Of a stretch of DNA of 32,000 nucleotides, positions 26,375-32,000 are shown piece after piece. The notes beneath the pieces were generated by a model. It was not told the DNA's origin. It saw nothing but the letters and a program-made list of their open reading frames with translations, and made no database searches. The position numbers were made by a program, and so were the translations under genes. The first letter of the stretch is position 1. The number at the start of each line of letters is the position of its first letter. Origin of the DNA: Nostoc sp. PCC 7120 = FACHB-418 (GTDB lineage: Bacteria; Cyanobacteriota; Cyanobacteriia; Cyanobacteriales; Nostocaceae); assembly GCF_000009705.1 (NCBI RefSeq), contig NC_003272.1:5160001-5192000 (forward strand), in the 5' to 3' direction.

Positions 26375-27052
26375 ATGATGCTAAAGAAAGAGCAAACTAC
26401 TAATAATCTAAAGTTGCCAATATCCCTAAACGCAAGTGGTTGGTTGGAGTCTTCCCCTGATTGGTCGAATATTTCAGGACTGGTAGCAGGAGTCGATGAA
26501 GTAGGTCGGGGCGCTCTCTTTGGGCCTGTAGTGGCAGCATCTGTCATATTACCAGCTAGCGCTTTTCCTCACCTGATGACAGCCGAAATTAAAGATAGCA
26601 AGAAACTATCTCATTCTCGCAGAGTCCAGCTAGCGCAGCAAATTTCTACCCTAGCTATAGACTGGAGAATTGGTTATGCGACAACGGCTGAAATTGACCG
26701 AATTAATATTTTGCAGGCAACACTGTTAGCCATGAAACGGTCTGTAAAAAAGCTAAAATTACAGCCCATCCTCTGCTTGATAGATGGTAATCAACCAGTG
26801 CAAGACTTGTTAATGTTACAACAAACTATTGTTAAGGGAGATGAGCGATCGCTCAATATTGCCGCCGCCAGCATCATGGCTAAAGTTTGGCGTGACGATT
26901 TGATACAGCGTCTGGCAACTAAATATCCAATGTATGACTTAAAGAGTAACAAGGGCTATGGTAGCAAAAAGCATTTGTTAGCCCTGGCACAACACGGGGC
27001 TTCACCCTTACATCGTCAGTCGTTCCGCCCTTGTCAAATATCACCTGACTAG
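26375..27052 (+). CDS. rnhB: Ribonuclease HII
   Basis: The motifs GVDEVGRGALFGPVVAA, DSKKLS and ASIMAKV are typical RNase HII. The start is one of TTG 26372, ATG 26375 or ATG 26378. Confidence 0.9.
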   Translation: MMLKKEQTTNNLKLPISLNASGWLESSPDWSNISGLVAGVDEVGRGALFGPVVAASVILPASAFPHLMTAEIKDSKKLSHSRRVQLAQQISTLAIDWRIGYATTAEIDRINILQATLLAMKRSVKKLKLQPILCLIDGNQPVQDLLMLQQTIVKGDERSLNIAAASIMAKVWRDDLIQRLATKYPMYDLKSNKGYGSKKHLLALAQHGASPLHRQSFRPCQISPD

Positions 27053-27071
27053 TTAATTCGTAATTAAACTG

Positions 27072-27116
27072 TTCTTTTCTTTCAACAGAAAAGAAGTAGC
27101 ATTTGTTTTCTGCTAC
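27072..27116 (-). terminator. Tandem hairpins between the convergent rnhB and DUF1997 genes; the second acts as a minus-strand terminator
   Basis: GTAGCA-N9-TGCTAC (27096-27116) is followed on the minus strand by TTCTTTTC. An AU-rich hairpin TTCTTTTC-N8-GAAAAGAA lies at 27072-27095. Confidence 0.45.
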
Positions 27117-27131
27117 AGAAAAATGAACATA

Positions 27132-27719
27132 TTACTCTATATTGAAAATTGGCAATTGAGGATCATTGTTAGCTAAAGCTTGTTCTTGAGTTTGGGAAAT
27201 TACCCATTGACGATAGTCCACTAATAGTTGGTGCAACAATCTTTGCTTTACTGTCAATAAGACACTTTTGAGTAAACCATTACCAGTAGTCTCTAAAATC
27301 GGTCTGGGTGTTAGAGAAAAAGGAGGTGGTAAATCTACCTGCACTTGTAAATCAGCCCTACCTTCTAGGCGAGTAGCACTATTTAATTGATATGGCGATA
27401 AATACCCTCTTAGATTGAGGGAGAAGCGCTGGTTAATGTACTCAAAACCAAGAATTTCGCAACCTACTGAACGCAGATAAATTGTTCCGTTAGATTCTGC
27501 CCAAACTCTCATATCTACAGTAGGTTGAATACTCAAGGACATGAAATTTAAAGGGCGCATTTTCAGACGAAATATTTCCTCAGAAAGTTGCTGAATACGC
27601 CTTTGATCTACCAAAGCATTAACTAGACGTTGGGGCTGACGCAAGTAGTGCTGAATAGGAATAGGCTGCTGCGGTACAGCAATTTCTACCGATTGTGAGG
27701 CAGTGAACTTGGTAGCCAT
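27132..27719 (-). CDS. DUF1997-like conserved cyanobacterial/plastid-lineage protein
   Basis: 195-aa ATG ORF. The N-terminal FTASQSVEIAVPQQPIPIQHYLRQPQRLVNAL resembles DUF1997 as I remember it. Confidence 0.6.
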   Translation of the reverse strand: MATKFTASQSVEIAVPQQPIPIQHYLRQPQRLVNALVDQRRIQQLSEEIFRLKMRPLNFMSLSIQPTVDMRVWAESNGTIYLRSVGCEILGFEYINQRFSLNLRGYLSPYQLNSATRLEGRADLQVQVDLPPPFSLTPRPILETTGNGLLKSVLLTVKQRLLHQLLVDYRQWVISQTQEQALANNDPQLPIFNIE

Positions 27720-28156
27720 GAGTTACGGGAAGTAATTGTTTTAATATTGTTATTATTAATTAGTTTATGACTCGATAGATTTTATTATGGAAAAAACTAT
27801 TCAATCAAAGTAGTTGATGGGCTAAATGCCACTTAGTTATAATTCATTTTTATAGTTAGGATGCTTAAATGAAAAGCATTTATGGTTCGTAAGTATATAG
27901 ATTATAGCTCATATCTTTATCAATAAAGATACCGTTGACCTAGATATTCCAGAATTTAATTCATAGTTTTGATATTCATTATTTGCAAGACAATGCGCCC
28001 CCACCTATTGATTTAGATATGATAGGACGACAATGCACTTCTACAACCTATACCGTCACTTGATTTTTGGTTCATAGTTAGTTGCTGACAGTCATATTCT
28101 ATTTGTACTTATGATAAAGTCTATACACCAAATATATAACTATAGGTAAAAACATA

Positions 28157-29029
28157 ATGACATTGTCTGTTGCTCATTTAGGGCCACCTGGCACTTATGC
28201 AGAACAAGCTACTATTTTTTATGTAAAATGGCTGACTCATAATACTGGACTCGAAGCTGTTTTACATCCCTATTCCAGCATTGCTCAATCCCTCCAAGCT
28301 CTAGCTCAAGGAGAAACTCAATTAGCTGTTGTGCCTGTAGAAAATTCTATTGAAGGCAGTGTCACCATGACAATGGATACAATGTGGCAGATGGATAGTT
28401 TGCAAATTCAATCAGCTTTAGTCTTGCCTATTGCTCATGCTTTAATTTCTTGTGCAAATAGTTTAGCTGGGATAAAAACTGTTTATTCTCATCCCCAGGC
28501 CTTAGCCCAGTGTCAAGGGTGGCTGAGAGAATTTCTTCCTGATGTCCAACTGATTCCTAGTAATTCAACAACTGAGGCGCTGGAAAAACTAGAGCAAGAT
28601 TTAGCAGTAGGGGCGATCGCTTCTAGTAGATCTGCTGAACTTTATAATTTGCCCATACTAGCTAGTCGCATTAACGACTATCCAGAAAATTGTACTCGGT
28701 TTTGGGCAATCAGTCACGCAGAATCTGGTATTACGCACCAATTACCTTTACAAAAACTCACTCACACTTCTATCGCTTTTAGTGTACCTGCCAACGTACC
28801 TGGTGCATTGCTCAAAACACTACAAGTTTTTGCCCACTTGGATATTAACTTGAGTCGAATTGAGTCTCGTCCGACAAAGCGATCGCTCGGTGAATATTTA
28901 TTTTTTATTGATTTGGAAGCTGATGTCAATACACCACAGATGAAATCTGCTTTGGTTGAATTAACTACTTACACAGAAGTCTTAAAAATTTTTGGTAGTT
29001 ACAGTGTAATTTCGGCTAACAATCAATAG
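28157..29029 (+). CDS. pheA: Prephenate dehydratase
   Basis: 290 aa. It has a PDT domain (LGPPGTYAEQA, NCTRFW) and a C-terminal ACT domain with the SRIESRPTK and LFFIDLE motifs. Confidence 0.9.
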   Translation: MTLSVAHLGPPGTYAEQATIFYVKWLTHNTGLEAVLHPYSSIAQSLQALAQGETQLAVVPVENSIEGSVTMTMDTMWQMDSLQIQSALVLPIAHALISCANSLAGIKTVYSHPQALAQCQGWLREFLPDVQLIPSNSTTEALEKLEQDLAVGAIASSRSAELYNLPILASRINDYPENCTRFWAISHAESGITHQLPLQKLTHTSIAFSVPANVPGALLKTLQVFAHLDINLSRIESRPTKRSLGEYLFFIDLEADVNTPQMKSALVELTTYTEVLKIFGSYSVISANNQ

Positions 29030-29069
29030 TAATTATTACTGCATTATTGCTCAACTTCACGACATCAAC

Positions 29070-29720
29070 TTATAGCTTTGGATTAAATGTATCTTTCAAA
29101 ACAGAACGAGCTGCCAAGTGATTGCGAGTGGTTGTTAAAATTTCCGCTTCTCGTTCTAGGCGAGCAGCAGTATCTTGCATTTCCAGTAATGATTGCTGCT
29201 CTCCAGCTACCCCATATAAGTTGCTGGCGACCCAGTAAGATAATTCTGTGGGTAAATCTGGCAGTTCTTCAGGAATCTCTATATTTTGTTCTGTAATTTT
29301 GGCTGAAAGACGAACAACATCACGCAGCAGTTGCTCTACATCTGTTGCCAAAGGGCGCAAATCCTTTGCTGGTGGATGGTCTTCTAACCATTCCACTAAA
29401 CCGACACGGTAGGGTTTTTCCCGCACATATTCTAAGACACGGAATCTTTGTTGTCCCAAAGTCAACATTTTCATGCGGTCATCTGGTAGACGCTGATAGT
29501 GAATAATTTCTGCACAGCAACCTACATTTGCAATTGTGCCTTTTACTGGGTCAACCATCAAGACACCAAACCTGCGATCGCTTTCCAAAATCGTGTTCAT
29601 CATGATTCGGTAGCGGAATTCAAATATATGCAGGGGCAATGGTCTGGTAGGAAACAGAACTACTTCGGGTAACGGGAACAGAGGTAGTTCGCGGACGGCA
29701 ATTCTAGAAGAAGATGTCAT
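29070..29720 (-). CDS. LON N-terminal (substrate-binding) domain protein, with no ATPase or protease domains
   Basis: 216 aa. LPLFPLPEVVLFPTRPLPLHIFEFRY is the Lon N-domain signature. The length excludes a full Lon protease. Confidence 0.85.
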   Translation of the reverse strand: MTSSSRIAVRELPLFPLPEVVLFPTRPLPLHIFEFRYRIMMNTILESDRRFGVLMVDPVKGTIANVGCCAEIIHYQRLPDDRMKMLTLGQQRFRVLEYVREKPYRVGLVEWLEDHPPAKDLRPLATDVEQLLRDVVRLSAKITEQNIEIPEELPDLPTELSYWVASNLYGVAGEQQSLLEMQDTAARLEREAEILTTTRNHLAARSVLKDTFNPKL

Positions 29721-29807
29721 TTTTACCTGAGTATAAATTTAATCTTTAAAATTTCTCTTTCTCTGCTTTTCCCGTATTTTCTTTACATTCTATCATTTGT
29801 TTTCTGG

Positions 29808-29845
29808 CTAAATAAAATGCCCTGAAAAATTTATTTCAGGGCAGA
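29808..29845 (-). terminator. Rho-independent terminator after rpsJ (end of the fusA-tuf-rpsJ block)
   Basis: The minus strand reads GCCCTGAAA-TAAATT-TTTCAGGGC followed by ATTTTATTT, about 80 nt after the rpsJ stop. Confidence 0.75.
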
Positions 29846-29921
29846 GTAAATATTTTTACTAATGTCAGTTCCTAGCGGTTACTAGTCCTTGGCAAACAAA
29901 TAACTATTGACTACTGACTAA

Positions 29922-30239
29922 TTAAAGCTTTACTTCAATATCTACGCCTGATGGTAAATCCAGTTTCATTAGCGCATCGATGGTTTTAGATGAAGGCTGG
30001 TAAATGTCAATAATCCGGCGGTGAGTACGGGTTTCAAAATGTTCACGGGAATCTTTATCTACGTGTGGCGATCTCAGGACGCAGTAGATCTTCCGTTTTG
30101 TGGGTAAGGGAATTGGGCCTATGGCTGTAGCGTTAGTACGGTTAGCTGTGTCAACTATCTTCTCGCAAGATGTATCTAATAAACGACGGTCAAAAGCTTG
30201 TAAACGAATTCTAATCTTCTGCTGCTGTAGAGTTGCCAT
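29922..30239 (-). CDS. rpsJ: 30S ribosomal protein S10
   Basis: The 105-aa [22 protein letters not shown]...[13 protein letters not shown] is a full-length S10. The 26-codon upstream extension of the tracked ORF is a translated STRR repeat and is rejected. Confidence 0.95.
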   Translation of the reverse strand: MATLQQQKIRIRLQAFDRRLLDTSCEKIVDTANRTNATAIGPIPLPTKRKIYCVLRSPHVDKDSREHFETRTHRRIIDIYQPSSKTIDALMKLDLPSGVDIEVKL

Positions 30240-30270
30240 CTTAAATTTTCCAGGTTCTGATGAATCGAGG

Positions 30271-30305
30271 GATTGGGGGTTGGAGATTGGGGGTTGGGGA
30301 TTGGG
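30271..30305. repeat. Heptamer tandem tract (GATTGGG GGTTGGA GATTGGG GGTTGGG GATTGGG) in the rpsJ leader
   Basis: Five 7-nt units (a 14-nt super-period) read directly. A further CCTAATA CCTAATC CCCAGTA tract lies at 30346-30366. Confidence 0.8.
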
Positions 30306-30386
30306 ACACTTAGACAAAAATCACTGTTTGTCCTTCTTGTCTTTTCCTAATACCTAATCCCCAGTACCTTATGTAAGTTCAGATAA

Positions 30387-30419
30387 AAGAGCAGAGAAGC
30401 TTTCGGCATCTCTGCTCTT
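30387..30419 (-). terminator. Hairpin between tuf and rpsJ (partial terminator or processing structure)
   Basis: AAGAGCAGAG-N13-CTCTGCTCTT (10-bp perfect stem) followed on the minus strand by TTATCT, 22 nt after the tuf stop. Confidence 0.5.
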
Positions 30420-30440
30420 ATTTATTAGGTTAAAAAGGTG

Positions 30441-31670
30441 CTACTTGACGATTTTGGAAACGACACCAGCACCGATGGTGCGGCCACCTTCACGAATAGC
30501 GAAGCGCATCCCTTGCTCGATCGCAATTGGGTTGATTAATTCAACAGTGACTTTGATGCGATCGCCTGGCATTACCATTTCTACAGTTTCACCTTCATCA
30601 GAAGTAAAGGCTTTAATGGTACCTGTTACATCAGTTGTCCGCACATAGAATTGAGGACGGTAGCCAGCGAAGAAGGGAGTTTTACGACCACCTTCTTTTT
30701 CCGTGAGAACGTAAACTTCGCCTTCAAATTGGGTGTGAGGAGTGATGGAACCAGGTTTGGCTAACACCATACCACGTTCAATATCCGCCTTTTGGATACC
30801 GCGTAGCAGTACACCAGCGTTGTCTCCAGCCATACCTTCATCGAGACTCTTCTTAAACATCTCGATCCCGGTAACGGTTGTGTTGCGGGTATCTCTAATA
30901 CCTACTAGTTCTACAACATCACCAACTTTGACTTTACCGCGTTCGATCCGACCGGTAGCAACAGTACCACGACCAGTGATAGAGAACACGTCTTCTACCG
31001 CCATCAAGAATGGTTTATCTATATCCCGCTCTGGATCGGGAATATAAGAATCTACAGCATCCATCAATTCGTAGATTTTATCTACCCAAGGATTTTCTCC
31101 GCGTTGGGTCTTAGGATTCTTGGTCATAACTTCGAGAGCTTGCAACCCCGAACCTCTGACGATGGGAATATCATCACCATCGAATTCGTACTCGGTCAAC
31201 AGTTCTCTTAATTCCAGTTCTACTAGTTCTAGTAGTTCAGCGTCTTCCATCATGTCTTCTTTATTTAAGAAGACTACTAGCTTAGGAACGCCTACCTGTT
31301 TTGCTAGCAGGATGTGTTCACGAGTTTGAGGCATAGGACCGTCGGTAGCAGCAACTACGAGAATTGCTCCATCCATCTGAGCCGCACCTGTGATCATATT
31401 CTTCACATAGTCAGCGTGACCCGGACAGTCTACGTGAGCGTAGTGACGGTTAGCGGTCTCATATTCAACGTGGGCTGTGTTAATGGTGATACCCCGCGCC
31501 TTTTCTTCTGGTGCGTTGTCGATTTGATCGTAGCCTTTAGCGACCGCTTGACCAAGGGCTGCCAAGGTCATGGTGATTGCTGCCGTTAAGGTTGTTTTAC
31601 CGTGGTCAACGTGGCCAATCGTACCGATATTTACGTGGGGTTTCGTTCTTTCAAACTTTGCGCGTGCCAT
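30441..31670 (-). CDS. tuf: Translation elongation factor Tu
   Basis: 409 aa beginning [33 protein letters not shown], with the DCPGHADY and NKED GTPase motifs. Confidence 0.98.
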   Translation of the reverse strand: MARAKFERTKPHVNIGTIGHVDHGKTTLTAAITMTLAALGQAVAKGYDQIDNAPEEKARGITINTAHVEYETANRHYAHVDCPGHADYVKNMITGAAQMDGAILVVAATDGPMPQTREHILLAKQVGVPKLVVFLNKEDMMEDAELLELVELELRELLTEYEFDGDDIPIVRGSGLQALEVMTKNPKTQRGENPWVDKIYELMDAVDSYIPDPERDIDKPFLMAVEDVFSITGRGTVATGRIERGKVKVGDVVELVGIRDTRNTTVTGIEMFKKSLDEGMAGDNAGVLLRGIQKADIERGMVLAKPGSITPHTQFEGEVYVLTEKEGGRKTPFFAGYRPQFYVRTTDVTGTIKAFTSDEGETVEMVMPGDRIKVTVELINPIAIEQGMRFAIREGGRTIGAGVVSKIVK

Positions 31671-31692
31671 GAATCCTCGTTTCCTTTTTTAA

Positions 31693-32000
31693 TTAAGCGT
31701 TCCCTTTGCTTTTTGCAATGATAGTTTCAGCTACGCTGCGAGGCACCTCTTCGTAGTGGCTGAACTCCATCGTAAAGATACCCCGACCTTGGGTTTTCGA
31801 CCGGATATCAGTGGCGTAGCCGAACATAGTCGCTAGTGGAACTTTTGATGCCACTTTAGCGAGTCCCTGTTCAGTGCTTTGGCTTTCTATCTGTCCCCGA
31901 CGGGAGATGAGGTCGCCAATGACGTTCCCAATATAGTCTTCAGGAACTTCCACTTCGACTTTCATCATAGGCTCTAACAGTACTGGTGAAGCTTTAAGCA
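31693..32000 (-). CDS. fusA: Translation elongation factor G, C-terminal part (the gene continues beyond the right edge)
   Basis: The frame stays open to position 32000. The C-terminal sequence ...[34 protein letters not shown] is the conserved EF-G domain V end. It sits immediately upstream of tuf, as in str operons. Confidence 0.93.

Noticed and set aside
26284-26547. 87-aa minus-strand ORF overlapping the rnhB start
   Set aside because: It overlaps the conserved RNase HII catalytic N-terminus on the opposite strand and has no independent support.
29922-30317. 131-aa version of the S10 ORF
   Set aside because: The extra 26 N-terminal codons are a translated heptamer repeat. Canonical S10 starts at the internal ATG at 30239.
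30445-31589. Plus-strand ORFs antisense to tuf (30445..30648, 30742..31047, 31120..31329, 31314..31589)
   Set aside because: These are Ser/Thr/Pro-rich antisense frames of a highly conserved, highly expressed gene, with no start context or motifs.

Overview
The window reads as core chromosome of a heterocyst-forming cyanobacterium (Nostocales). The evidence is frequent HIP1 octamers (GCGATCGC, roughly twenty by eye), heptameric STRR tracts in many intergenic spacers, and photosynthesis genes (psaE, ndhO). Gene order matches my memory of Nostoc/Anabaena sp. PCC 7120 around all4312 to all4338 (psaE, mdh, rne, rnhB, rpsJ-tuf-fusA); a BLAST is needed to confirm this.

I support about 31 protein-coding genes. 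They are mostly housekeeping:
- mraY, psaE, mutM, ndhO, mdh, clpS, rne, rnhB, pheA, rpsJ, tuf and the 3' end of fusA
- an OmpR-type response regulator that is probably nrrA
- two B12-type radical SAM enzymes
- an ABC ATPase, a STAS protein, two intramembrane proteases (PrsW-like and CPBP), a GT14 glycosyltransferase, and several small conserved cyanobacterial proteins

I found no rRNA, no complete tRNA, no CRISPR array, and no IS, integrase or prophage genes. I also found no recognisable defence or toxin-antitoxin module. The only mobile-looking DNA is a roughly 250-bp MITE-like element at 2080-2326, next to an isolated tRNA-like T-arm.

I did not find convincing evidence of a new multi-gene system. 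The most system-like item is the same-strand block of a radical-SAM/DUF2344 fusion, a long leader, rne and rnhB, whose functional link is unexplained. Secondary items:
- a strongly AT-rich GT14 glycosyltransferase islet with a perfect 16-bp palindrome in its promoter region
- two GTAN8TAC (NtcA-type) promoter architectures
- an ABC ATPase that lacks the H-loop histidine and has no partner permease
- several orphan RNA-structure candidates

All family assignments come from motif recognition by eye and memory, not from searches.
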